A stretch of DNA of 64,000 nt from NCBI RefSeq assembly GCF_009914755.1, contig NC_060934.1, one strand, 5' to 3'. Shown piece after piece: positions 40,303 through 53,123 of this stretch (position 1 is the stretch's first letter; every line of letters begins with the position of its first letter). The DNA is from the human T2T-CHM13v2.0 reference genome, Homo sapiens. Below the pieces are notes generated by a model, which worked only from the letters and a program-made list of their open reading frames with translations, was not told the origin of the DNA and searched no databases. A program made the translations under genes and the position numbers.

Positions 40303-43300
40303 TCCCTGGCTCCCTCCCATCAGGTCAGAAGCCTTCTCCTCAGCTTGGGAGCGGCCATGGTGACCATGGTGACAGGGTCCCAGCCAGAAACCACAATGGG
40401 ATGGAAACTCCTGGGGCTGCTGTCAGCAGCTGGGAGACACAGCGCTGGGGGAGACCAGGCATTCCCCAGGCCCAAGGGAGAAGCAGAGTCGGCCTCGCCT
40501 GAGCCAGACGCAGGCCTTGGGTTTACCCTCCATGGACCAGACGTAAAGTCTAATGGTGACATGAGATTTTTAATGTCTTTACATCTGCAGATGTACACGT
40601 CAGCAAAATTGCATCATACAAACCTCACTGCAGGCCCAGGCTTTCCTCTTTCCAGGTTTCACCAACCTCCTCCCTCCGTCTTGGCTGCCTGTCCCTCCAC
40701 CAATCAGCTCTCACCTGCCCCAGGTGACCCGCGTTAACAGTGGCACATGAATTTCTCACATTCATACACACATAAATGCACGTCTCTTCAGGCAAATACA
40801 CATTTGGAAAGGATTTTCCTCCTGGCTTGTCCTATGAACGTAAGAACGTGATCTGCACGTTTTTCTGAGAGTTGCTCTTTCTCCTAACCCACTCCTCCCT
40901 GTGCCCCACCCATGTGGCCAGCCCTCCGTGTCCACCATCCTCTGCTCCCTCCCAGGGCTTTGCTCCAGGAACGAAGTCCCAGGCAGCCTCCTAGGACACA
41001 AGTTTCTGTTCCTTCTGCTCCCTTGGGGTTTCCTCGTAGAATGAAGACTCCCAGTGGAGTTACTGGGTCAAAGAAGACCTGTATTTTTAGTTTCCCTCGA
41101 GTGGTGTCCACACCAGACTGGCTCCGCCAGGCCCGATTGTGCAGGCAGCCCATCCCAGCTGTGCACTCAACCCCACCCACCACGTCCACCTGATGTCCTC
41201 CTGGGGATAAGAGGGGAAGGGAAGGGACCGGGGAGCACAGGCGGCCCAGAGCTTGGCTAGCTGCCCATCACGGGGGACACCGCCCACACACCTGCTCCTC
41301 AGGTGACACTCTGAGCCGGGTCTGGGCTGGGACTCTGGTGTGAGCTGGCCAGGATCAGGCAGATCAGTCAGGAGTTGAGAGCTGGGGAGGGGAGGGCCCA
41401 GCAATGACTATGGCCTGTGAAAGGGTGAAGAGGGTCAGGCAGCCCGGGCAGGGGTGGGAAAAAGGAGAAACAGACCAGTGGGCTCCCCGCCAGACGTGAC
41501 GGTCAGCTCCACTGCTGCGGCCTGACCCCTGGTGCACCGGCCCGAGAGCAGGCAGAAAAGTCACAGCCACTTTCCCATCGCCAGCCCCAGGACAGCAGGG
41601 AGGGTGGCCACGGCTGCTCCTGGCACAGCCGGCACCCAACTCATTCCTATCAAGATTTTACATGCACGGTCCCAAATGTTGCACTTTTAAATCTGGTTAA
41701 TGCCACCAAATGACAGCAGACAAGGAGAGGGCGCAAGGTGCTGAGAGGTAAAAGGTCACGACAGAAGACAACGCCAGCAGCCCAGTGGGCGCCCCTTCCG
41801 CCTCTGGCCGCAAAGATCCGTTACGACGTCACATTGAAGGGTGGCTTCCGGTTACTTCCAGCAACCTAAGCCTCCGACTCCCGGGGAAAGCAGCTAAGCC
41901 ACAAATGGCAGAGCCCCACCTTCATGAGCAGGGCCGCCAGACGAAAGCCAGTCTCAGCTCAGACTCCGGGTAACCAGTACAGGACGCCAGCTCCGTGTCA
42001 ATCCACAGCGCAGGGCCTGCCACGCTGCCTGTGAGGGGTGTGGACGGAAAATGCAAAACGCCGCAGGTGTGGGTGAATGACCTCAAAGGCTGCTCTGCTT
42101 GAGAAGCATCTGAACCATGGAAGGGCCAGGCAAAGGCCGAGGCCAGGGAGGGACAGGCTGTGTCCTTCCTGCATCCCCCACATGGCCAGAGCCGCTGAGG
42201 CCGCCTCCTCGCCATCCTGGAGTGAACAACCCAGCCAGGCCACATGCAGGGGACAGGAGTCATTCAGCCTCTGCACCTTCATCTCACAGGCGAGGCTGGT
42301 GGGGGCCACACACACCAAGGGGCGACACGCAGTGCCTGCTACTCCTGCCTGCCCACCCCTCGGCCCCCACCCAGCACACAGACATCAGTTCTTCTCATTC
42401 CTCCTCATTCTGAGATTTAAAACTACACTGCCTGGTTCTTAAATATTTGCAATCCATCGAGTGTGATGCATTACCTAATCCTATCAGAGGATGCATTCCA
42501 CTATTCCACTCACACCCTCTATGCGCTCAGGAAATGTTTGGCAGCATCATGAAAATTGAGTAATTCCAAGCAGAAATCAACAGTGGGGAGGGAGGAAAGT
42601 CTGTTTGGTACTTCTACTCTAACCAGGTAAGTCGTTTCCTCAAAGCAGGAAAACACCAAAGCTGGTCATTGAGTTGGAATTCTAAATCATACAAAATAGA
42701 CGGATTTTCTACATTTTATAACCCATGTTGTTCCCACTCTAACAAACCCTAAGTGGGGTAAAATGGTAATACTCAGTAATACCAGATAATTAACAACTAG
42801 ACCTGATGCTGCAGCCGCCATGAGGATGACACTGCTCCGACTGATTCTCCCGACCCAGGCCTGCCCAGCCACTGGTCACTGGACAAAGGTGACGCTGAGC
42901 CACCCACACCCCATCTGGCCAATGCATGGTCAGGGGACAACTCCACTGAAGCGTCCATAGTCCCAGCTCCAGAGGCGGGAAGCGGAGCCCTGAGCTGCCT
43001 GGGGCCTGGCGGGGACAGGACAGGTGCTGTGTGGTGCCCGCCTCGGGCCCCTCCCCTTGAGGTCTCCTAGGACCAGGCACTTGAGGCACACCCTTTAAAG
43101 GCCGAGGCCTCTCTCTCAGAACAAGAGATGTCAGCCACTGAGTTGCACGTGCATGTTCTCAGGAGGACCAGGCAGCCTGTCAAATGGATGCAACCTCCTC
43201 TCGGCCTTCCTTCAGGTGTGGGGGACACACACAGGTAACCAGCTCTGGAGTTGACTTCTAGCATCTGGTCCCAGGTGGGAACCATGGACCAAAGGAAGGT

Positions 43301-45129
43301 TGTTCCGTTGGACTGAGGCTGGAGCGAAGCTGAAGTGACAGGAAGACAAAAGCTACCGTCTCTCGGCCCCTGGGGGAGTTGTGCGGTCACAGTGGGCTCT
43401 TCCAGCAGGGCCCACCTCTGGCAGAAGTGCCAGGACCTCACGAAGCGGGCAGCGCCGCCAAGCATCCCTGTGTGTACGGCCGCCCGCGCTTCCCTTCCCC
43501 ATCTGGTGCCAGAGACTTGGCAGGTCCAGGGCCCGCTTTGGAAGCCAGGCCTATTTAAAGCAGAAAACACAAGTCCCAGCTTTCAGAAGTGCATGCTGCA
43601 CACAAATGTGCAAAACCACACAGGGGGGTCAATTAAGCAGGTGTCGCCGGCACCTGAGAAAACCAGGGGGAGGGTGCAGCTGCTGCTCTTGTTCTAGAAT
43701 GAACAAGGCTGCGTGTGGATCCCACAGACAGACACCCTTGGGTGGCCCCGAGGACGCGGGAGAAAGTCCCCCTTCCCAGACCGGTCTCGATCTCATGGGA
43801 TCAAGTTACCTGGCCCTAAATCCGACTGCTGGAGCCAGAGCCAGAGCCGTGCGGAGACACGGAGCCGGCCGAAGCCACTCAGGGTTGGAGCCGCCTCGCC
43901 ACACCCAGGACCCTGGGCGCTACATTGAGGGTGGCTGGGTGCAGGGGTGATGGCGGCGGTTCCTAGTTGGCAGCCAGGAGACACGTACTCACTCCAGCTC
44001 CAGCAGAAAGCCAAGGTCAAGCCTTGCAGCTCCTCAGGTCCCGAGCTGGGGCGGTTCTGGACCAGGTGGCCTCAGGGACTCCACGGCCAGGGCTCAGGTC
44101 ACCCTCACTCCCACCTCAAGAGCGGCCCTCGGCCCCTTGCGGGTTCTGCCACCCACCTCAGTCCCATCTCTACCCCTCCCACCAACACTCCTGGAAGAGT
44201 TAATATAATCACCCAAATATCCTGAGTTCACCATTGAAAATGAAAAGAAATTAAAAGAAATAAAACTAAAGGAAGTGGCCTCGCTGTGCACCCTGGGGTG
44301 TCGGGCCGGGCCCGATGCTTGTGTGCCACCCTTAAACAGGTGCTCATGAGAACCGGCCAGGACTAGGCCGGCTCACGCCTGCCCTACTGCGTTACCCCTG
44401 GTGGGGGTGGCAGGCAGGTAGCCCCTCAGGTGCCGCCCAGCACAAAGGGGCCCAGGAGCTGTGGGAGGCTATGCCACTGCCTACTCCTCCTCTAATTCTA
44501 AAGACCCCCAAGAAGCTCCAGTCAGCTGCTGAGAGTGCAACTGCTGCCTGGGCACCCCGGAGGCCACTTCCTGAGAGGCCTTGGGAAGGACTTTAGCCCG
44601 TGGCTTGGTCAAAAGCAGTACCCTACTTGGAGGACCGAGAGGCCTGTGGGTCGGAGATGGCTCAGAAAGGCCAGATCACAGAGAGAGACGAGCGCTTGAC
44701 TGTAGATGCCTGGCTTCCGTGACAGAGCAGCTATTCTCCTTGAGCGCGTGAGTCGCACCCGACCCCGTAAAGTTAATGCAGATGGACCTCGGGAGGAGGC
44801 AGACCTGGCCACCCCCCGACCCCCAAGGCCTTTGTTACAGGAAAACACGTTGCCTTCACCCGACTCAGTGCCTTCATAACAAAGTACCTGCCAGGACACA
44901 TCCCTCACGCGTGATTTGATGGAACGAAGTGCTGACATTTACAATGAAATACCACATCTTCCAGGGGCCCAAGTGCCCCGGAGCTCCTCCAAGCCCCGCT
45001 AGGGAGAACCCTTGTGGCTCAGCGCCCACCCTCCCACCCCAGGGCCGCCTTCTCCAACAGGCTTGTTCCAAGAATAACAAGAACCAATGAGAAGCCTCCA
45101 CAAATAAGAAAATGCACACAGAGAATGAC

Positions 45130-46840
45130 AAGGCATTGGAACCAGAATGACATCCACATTCTCAATAGCATCCGTGGAAGCTATAGGAAAATGAAGCTTC
45201 ACCTTCATTGTCAATCTAGAATTTTCAACCAATGACTCAACAAAAAAAAAATGTGCAACATCATCTCAAGCCTAGATTCTACACTCAGTCAAACTACTGC
45301 TTGGACATGATGGTAAGGGATGACAATTTCACACATAGGAGGACTCCACTGTGTCACCTGCCACACACCTTTCCACCCACACACACCTTTCCACCCGCAC
45401 ACACCTTTCCACTCACACACCTTTCCACTCACACACACCTTTCCACCCGCACACACCTTTCCACCCGCACACACCTTTCCACCCGCACACACCTTTCCAC
45501 CCACAAACACCTTTCCACCCGCACACACCTTTCCACCCGCAAACACCTTTCCACCCACACACACCTTTCCACCTGCACACACCTTTCCACCTACACATAC
45601 CTTTCCACCCACACACACCTTTCCACCTGCACACACCTTTCCACCTACACATACCTTTCCACATACACACACCTTTCCACCCGCAAACACCTTTCCACCC
45701 ACACACACCTTTCCACCCACACACACCTTTCCACCCGCACACACCTTTCCACCTACACATACCTTTCCACATACACACACCTTTCCACCCGCACACACCT
45801 TTCCACCCACACACACCTTTCCACCCACACACACCTTTCCACCCACACACACCTTTCCACCCACACACACCTTTCCACCCACACACACCTTTCCACCTAC
45901 ACATACCTTTCCACCCACACACACCTTTCCACCTGCACACACCTTTCCACCCACACACACCTTTCCACCCATACACACCTTTCCACATACACACACCTTT
46001 CCACCCGTACACACCTTTCCACCCACACACACCTTTCCACCCACACACACCTTTCCACCTGCACACACCTTTCCACATACACACACCTTTCCACCCATAC
46101 ACACCTTTCCACATACACACACCTTTCCACCCGTACACACCTTTCCACCTACACACACCTTTCCATCTACACACACCTTTCCACCCACACACACCTTTCC
46201 ACATACACACACCTTTCCACCCGCACACACCTTTCCACCTACACACACCTTTCCACATACACACACCTTTCCACCTGCACACACCTTTCCACCCACACAC
46301 ACCTTTCCACCCACACACACCTTTCCACCTGCACACACCTTTCCACATACACACACCTTTCCACCCATACACACCTTTCCACATACACACACCTTTCCAC
46401 CCGTACACACCTTTCCACCTACACACACCTTTCCATCTACACACACCTTTCCACCCACACACACCTTTCCACATACACACACCTTTCCACCCGCACACAC
46501 CTTTCCACCCACACACACCTTTCCACCCGCACACACCTTTCCACCCGCACACACCTTTCCACCCGCACACACCTTTCCACCTACACACACCTTTCCACCC
46601 GAACATACCTTTCAACCTACACACACCTTTCCACCTACCACAAATCTTTCCACCTGCTGCACACCTTTCCACCTGCCACAAATCTTTTCACAGGAAGCTA
46701 GTGGAAAATATGCTCCATCAAAACAAAAAAGTAAAGCCAAAAAAAAAAAGAAAGAAAGAAAGACATGGGATCCGGGAAAAGGGGCCCAACACAGGACACG
46801 GGAAAATGCGAGATGGCGTGGGAAAATCCCAAGACGATAG
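45130..46840 (+). mobile_element. HAL1 / old L1 ORF1-like remnant split by a VNTR
   Basis: Left part cctagattctacactcagtcaaacta and right part caggaagctagtggaaaatatgctccatcaaaac...gaaagacatgggatcc resemble contiguous HAL1 consensus segments. Confidence 0.6.
45361..46680. repeat. VNTR, 18-bp unit, about 73 copies
   Basis: Unit acacctttccacccacac with variants (ccgc, ctac, atac). Confidence 0.98.
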
Positions 46841-48797
46841 CATATCTGTGAGCAAAAGCCAGGTTGGCGCTGTCGGCCAGAGACCTCAGGAAGGAATGCC
46901 TCGGTTAAATGAAAACTGAGCAAAGACCCAGATGATGCCGCTGAAAGAACCCGAAGGGTTTCTCTCCGGGAAAAGGGGCCAGGCCTGAGGATGGGAGTGT
47001 GGATGCTATTTGTTGCCTTACAGTACTTTGTAACTTTTCCAACTAAACACTTGTCATGTTTTAACATCAAAATAAAAATTAAGTTTAAAAAGTAGAGTGA
47101 ATGCTCACAAAGACATATGTATAAGGATGGCCACTACAGTGTTGTCCATTAATTTTTTTAAAGCAGCCTAAATGTCCAAGCACAAAAGTAACCCCATTGA
47201 TTTCATAGCAGCTGGGGACAGGGAGAGGGTCTGCCCCGGAATAATCACGATCCTATATGCACTTGTCATTCATAAGAGGATTCCAGAAACATTCATGTCC
47301 AGAGGAGGTTAGGATGCTTCGCAATCCATTCAACAAGCCTTCCTTTCTCTATCCCTCCCCATCAGACGCTCGGCCTCCCAAGGGCAGCTCTTTCTCAGGA
47401 TTGACTGTCTCTACTCAGCACCAGGCATATCGTTGCTTTGTCCCTGTTTAATGTCTGGGGCCATTGATGGTACAGAAGATGAGGAGACCCCATTCCCACC
47501 GAGCACCCGCACAGCCTGTGTCTCTCGTGGCCGGCGTCTTTGAAGCCAGCAACAGAGCCCACTGCAGATACATGGTGAGAGGTGCATCCAAACCCCAACA
47601 AATGTCCTTCAAATGCAGCCCGCTCCGTCCCACACGCCACTCCCAGAAATGTATCCTCGGGAAGTGCTCCGAGAGGTGCACAAACAGGCACTCGAACAAC
47701 GGCGATGAGCTCACTCTCCACGACGGATCGCCAGGGACGATCTAAATATCCACTCATGCTCCCGCACGCACGAGGTTCCCCAGCGCTCTGGGTCTCAGGC
47801 CGCCGGAGAGGAGTATTTAATGCGACACCAGCGCCGCTCGTGCGTGCTGTGAAGAGCAGCCGTTAAAAGCGGTTATGCAAATCTGTGTTTGCTGATTTGT
47901 TTAATGTGCACAACATACTGCTACGTGGGCCAAGCCTTATCCAAGAGTATTACCGTGTGATCCTTTGTGTCAGTTTTTCTGAATCTGGAAGGATGTGCGT
48001 CACGAGAGCAGGGGTGCTTATCTCCAGGGTGAACTCCTGGGTGAACTTTACTGCCCCCTTGACGGTTTTCTGATTTTTTTTTTTGAGAAGTATAATGTAT
48101 GACTCTTGCACCCAAAAGCTATGTCCAAGACAGTGTTCAATTTACATCTTTCAGACAGTGTCCCACCATGAGGTGCCACCACCCCTTAGGACCCCGACGC
48201 CAGGCTGGTAATCACCCCTGTGCCCTCCAGGGAGACCTTGCAGCTGCCCAGCCTGGTCCTCGGGAAAGCCGAGAAAAGTTGCTCTGACACTTCTGCCCTT
48301 CCTGTCACTCACAAGTGCCACCCCAGCCTTCCCAAAGGTGGCCTGCAGCACACCACTCCCAAAGTGCGGGAGGACCCCAGGACCATCACCACCCCCTCCC
48401 GAAGACTGTTCTGGAACAGAAGCCCACCCTGCTCTGCCTCTGCCCGTGGAACTCCCAACACAGGGGAGGCACGGGGCCCGCCTGCCATTTGCGTTGGGAC
48501 AGGGCCCTCTGTCGCCCACGGAGTGAAAGGCACCTCTGTTTCCACAGCCAGCAAAGGAGCTGCCCAGCCCGTGGGCCCAAAGGCCCGGGGAGCCCCCTTC
48601 CCTCATCTGCACCTCAAACCCCCAGGGTCCCCCACCCACCCCAGACCCCAAGAGGCTGAGGCAGGTGGAGACCCAGGCGGTGGCTGCAGAGGCCGTGGCC
48701 CTGGCTCCCGTGGCCTCCCCACAGCAGCAGCCCTCCAGTGAGCTCACTCACCACGATCATGTCCTGTCCCTCCCACCCCTGTCCAAGAACAGACACT

Positions 48798-48941
48798 GTC
48801 AGCAGGATGGGAGGGTCTCCCCAGGTCCCCGGTGACCCCTGTCCCGTGAGCAGGGTGACGGGGTCTCCCCAGGTCCCCGGTGACCCCTCTCCCGTGAGCA
48901 GGGTGACGGGGTCTCCCCAGGTCCCCGGTGACCCCTCTCCC
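48798..48941. repeat. Tandem repeat, 48-bp unit x3
   Basis: gtgagcagggtgacggggtctccccaggtccccggtgacccctctccc; units start at 48798 (diverged), 48846, 48894. Confidence 0.93.
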
Positions 48942-49251
48942 TCCATTTCTCCTGAGTCCCTGGTCCCACCTTCCTCTCCAGGGGACCTGGCACTAAGGTA
49001 AATGTGAGTTTTCCATTCAAGCAGGATTTCAGAAACAGGTAACAGGACCCACTGGCCCAGTCCGTGCACTCCTGGGAATGAAAGGTAAAGAGCTGACGCT
49101 AAATACCCACAGCACTTTATGCATAAACAGAGTCCCCTACGTGGGTGCGCAATGATCTGGGGACAACCGGGGACTCGAGTGCCCGCCCGTCGGGGGTGAG
49201 GAGTAAGCTGTTGTTAAAAATGGTGACACGTAAGTATTTTTTAAATACAGG

Positions 49252-49756
49252 TGTAGCAGGACAAGTCGCAGACAAAACTCCTCGTACACCAGATTAAAGA
49301 AGGAAGAGGTTTTTATTCGGCCGGTAATGTCGGCAGACTCACGTCTTAAGAGCCGAGCTCCCCGAAAAAGAAACTCCTAGCCCTTTTAAGGGCTTAAAAC
49401 TCTAAGGGGTCCACGTGAAAAGGTCGTGATAGATCAAGTAGGCGTGAGGAACGTGACTGGGGGCTACATACATCAGCTCACAGAACAAAAAGTTTTACCG
49501 TGCTTTCTCATACAATGTCTGGAACTTACAGATAACACCAGTAGTTTTGGTCAGGGGTTGTTATTATTATTATTATTGTTATTATTTTAACCACCACGGC
49601 CAGGCGGAGGCGCCAGGGCCGTCCAGCTATTTATCTTACTTCTGTTTCTTTTCACCCTTCTGCCTTCTCCCTTCTCTCCTGTCTTCTAAACGAGGGAAAA
49701 GCGGAGGTGGGGGAGAAGCTGGGAAGGACAACAGGAGAAGTGGTGGTCTCATTCCA
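49252..49756 (-). mobile_element. ERV1 solo LTR (LTR15/LTR2-related)
   Basis: Minus strand TGGAATGAGACCACCACTTCTCC...AATAAAAACCTCTTCCTTC...TTTTGTCTGCGACTTGTCCTGCTACA; 4-bp flanking repeat cagg. Confidence 0.85.
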
Positions 49757-50189
49757 CAGGAAGAAGTCGGATACAGAGTTGTATCTATACCTTCATCACA
49801 AATCTATTCAAATGGCATATGAAAACCGACTGGTTGTTTTAGGAAGGCGGGAAGGTAGAGTTTTATCTGCTTTCACCCAGTCTTCAAGATACCACAGTAA
49901 TCCAATCACAGAAACATCGCATTTAAAACTCACGGCCCCCCAGGAAGGCCACAGCTAGGCCCAAGTATTGGGTTATGGGGCAAGGGTTCCAACAGGGCCC
50001 CTCCAGGAACTACCTGGGACCCCGAGCACCCGTCCAGGCCCTCAGGTGAGACGCAGCAGAAACCTCTGCGTGAAGCCGGGTCCAGTTTCAGGACACCCTG
50101 GAGAGGAGCTGAGGACACTCGTGGCTCCTCGTGACTGGCTGAGTGAGACGCCAGCAGAGACCACGAGGACCTCACGCCACACCCGCGGG

Positions 50190-50385
50190 AGCCTGCAGCA
50201 TCTCCCCAACTCCGGAGCCTCTCTCTGTCCACACCACGAGGGTCCTGCACACCCCCAGCCTCTCTCTGTCCACACCATGAGGGTCCAGCACATCTCCCCC
50301 ACACACCCACCCTCTCTCTGACATCACTTGTTGGGGGTCCAGCACATCTCCCCCGCACCCCCAGCCTCTCTCTGTCCTTCCCTCC
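50190..50385. repeat. Degenerate tandem repeat, about 41-56-bp units, about 4 copies
   Basis: cctctctctg(t/a)c and gggtcc(a/t)gcaca recur. Confidence 0.7.
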
Positions 50386-52694
50386 GACACACCTACCAAG
50401 TGAGGCTTCCTTCTGGGAAAACAAAGAATGTCCAAGAGGTCATTTGGCTGCTGCCAGGGAGAACAGTGACGAGGGGTTCCAGCCGGCAGGAGGCGACAGT
50501 CACACGCCTGGGGGCAGGTGGGGCTGGGAGCTGGAAGCCTCTGAGCTGTGCCCACTCCAGGGAGGTGGCCGAGGGACAGTCTTCAGTGTCCCCAAGGAGC
50601 TGAGCTGCCTGTAAGTCACTGTAGGAGGCTACTACCCTGTGTGTGCCACACACACACAAGACGGCCACCAAAATCCTTCATGTTCTGAGGCTGAAAAGGA
50701 CAAGCAGGCCATGTGGCAGGCATGTGGACCCCAGCACCCAGGGGTGCATTTGCCATCCACCACTGGGAAACACGCCATCTCCAACTTCAAAGCTAGAATA
50801 GTATTTATCCCTTCACTGGTTCTGAGGGTGGGAAGTGTCCAAGCACCGTGCTCCCAGTGCCGAGGGCTGAGGTCAAGGTGTGGGCCGGGCAGAGTTCTCC
50901 TGTGCTGGCCTCAGGGTGCTGGCAGAGTCCACTGCCGTGTGGCTGCAAGACTGGGGTCACTGCTTGCTTGCTGGCTGTCAGCCAGGCCCACACCCAGGTC
51001 AGCGTGTCTCCTCTATCTTCAGAGTCACCCAGCCCAGCCCCAGAGGAATCCTCCCGGGCCAGATCCCTCCCATTTTGAACCCCAGCTGCCCAGAATTTCA
51101 AGGCCCCATTAAGGACTCACCTGACCAGCTCAGGGCCCAGCACATGCCCCCATTGAAGGTTCACTGAGCAAGGGCCCTCATTACACCTGCAGAATCCCTC
51201 CCCAGCAGCCTCTGGACTGTGGTGATTGGATGACAGGGGGAAGGTGTGTGCCCTGCAAGGACGGGCACCTGGGGGCCAGTTTAAAAGTCTGCCTTCCCAG
51301 GGCTATGGGGAAGACGAGCGGAGGCCCATTCAGGGCTGACACAGCATTTCTGGGACAGCCAGCACCTCCGGACGCTGGCCTTGGCAGAGCCCATGCCCTG
51401 GACCAGGCCCATCCATGGCCCGCCTGTCCCCAGGGAGTGGCTCCTCCCTCCAGGACCCCGAGGCCTGTCCTGTCAGTGCCCATCCCTGCACAGAGACCAA
51501 AGCACCCTTCATGCTGAAAGCCCATTCCCACAGCCACGCCTCCCAGAAGCACAGAAGCTGCAGCGGCAGGAGCCAGCGGTGCCCCTGGTGCTCTGGGGCA
51601 GAAGCCAACAGCGAACAGCACAGGTGGGTGGAATCGGTGGTGGGGTAGAGCCCAGGAGGGTGAGGCTGGACCCCCTGGAAATGCAGGTGCGGGCATCTCC
51701 ACCGGGGAAATCAAGAGCTGTGACCGGCTGTGCCCACCCTGGCGGAGCGTGTGACTGGCAGTGTCTTTGGGCACATCTTTGGGTGTCTGTAACCCCAGAG
51801 GGACACTCTGAATGTCACCGACCCCCAACATTCCTGCCCTGGAAAGTCAGGAGCGGGCGAGGTGTCGCCCTCACAGGCTGGAGCAGGAGGGCCCATGGTC
51901 ACAGCTGTGCCCAGGTCGGGGTGGTGCCTCCTGAGGAGGGAAAGGAGCAAAGGCTTCCCGGGAGTGTGAGGAACAGCCTCCAGAACCCCAGGGACTTTCC
52001 AGGCAGGGAGCAGGTGCGAAGGCCCTGGGGCCCTACAACGTGCAGGCTACAGAAGGCTGGGCAGCCAGCCTGGGGGAGGAGGGAGCAGAGAGGGGAGGGA
52101 AATCAATCAGAGGAGCGGGGTGGGCGGGGGAGGCTGGGCAGGGCCCTGTGGGCCTTCAAAGCTTTGGCTTTAGGCCGAGTCTGAGATGGGAGCCTCAGGA
52201 GGGTGTTGAGCCCCGGAGTGACCTGAACTCTGCCCCGCGGGCAGCTGCGTGGAGATGGCCTGGGTGGGGGCCCATGCTGCGTATTGTTCAGTTAATGACC
52301 CTTAAACCACACTCACAGCCCCAATACTGGTGGGGTAGGCAGAGCACAGCTATGGTGGCCCCAGAGTAAGCTCCATGGCAGAAGAATCCAGAAGGAAAAG
52401 CTCAGATTCCCAGAGGCAAGCAGGCGGAAGACACTCCAGAGACGCCTCAGAACTTAGAGAGGCCAGTGGAGATTGGCCAGTAGAGGTCTGTGAGCCAGAA
52501 ACCCGTCAGGGCAGGCGTGAGCTCAGATCAATGCCTCGGGCAGCCACAGGGAGAGAGAAGCCAGCAGAACACGTGGAGATGGGCAGCAGGAGTGCAGCGG
52601 CCCCAGGTGCGGCCAGGCCCAGCCAGGGAGACAGTGGATCTCACCTGGCCTTGGGCGCCGGGCACAGCCCTGGTGTTTTGTTTGGTGGTGCCGA

Positions 52695-53123
52695 TGCGCG
52701 TTTCCTGTGGCACTGGAACTAACCGCCACGTACTTTGGTGGCTCACAGCAGCACAGGCATCTTTCTTCACACCCCAGGGGTCCGTACGGAGTGAAACAGG
52801 GCTCTCTGGGCTAAAGTCCAGGTGCTGGCAGGGCTGGTTCCTTCTAGAGGATCCAGGGGAGAATCCCTTCTCTCGCCCCTTCCAGCTTCTAGAAGGAAGC
52901 TGCCTCCGTCCTCAGAGCCAGCAGCATCCAGCCCAGCCCTCACATTGCCCTCCCTGGCTCTGAGCCCCTCGGCTTCTCCACGCTCCTCCCCGTCGGGTAA
53001 GGTCAGCTGATGAGCATATTGAGCCCCTCACGGCACCCCCCATGGCCCCCCATAGCCTAGCATATCTATAGGTCCTGTAGTGGGACAGCAGCATCCTTGG
53101 GGACATGATTCTGCCAACTCCAG
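52695..53123 (-). mobile_element. MLT1-family LTR
   Basis: ctgggctaaagtccaggtgctggcagggctggttccttctagagg...ggggagaatcc...ccttccagcttctagaagg. Confidence 0.75.

Noticed and set aside
45361-46680. PRDM9 CCNCCNTNNCCNC motif in the C-rich VNTRs
   Set aside because: The best registers I checked had mismatches at fixed positions; needs a PWM scan
45232-46919. Five ORFs of 422-522 aa on both strands
   Set aside because: Translations of an 18-bp stop-free VNTR (THLSTH, HTFPPT, GGKVCV); no coding evidence
51381-52184. 267-aa ORF in non-repetitive GC-rich DNA
   Set aside because: Non-ATG start, no recognisable domain, overlapping ORFs in other frames; expected by chance at this GC content
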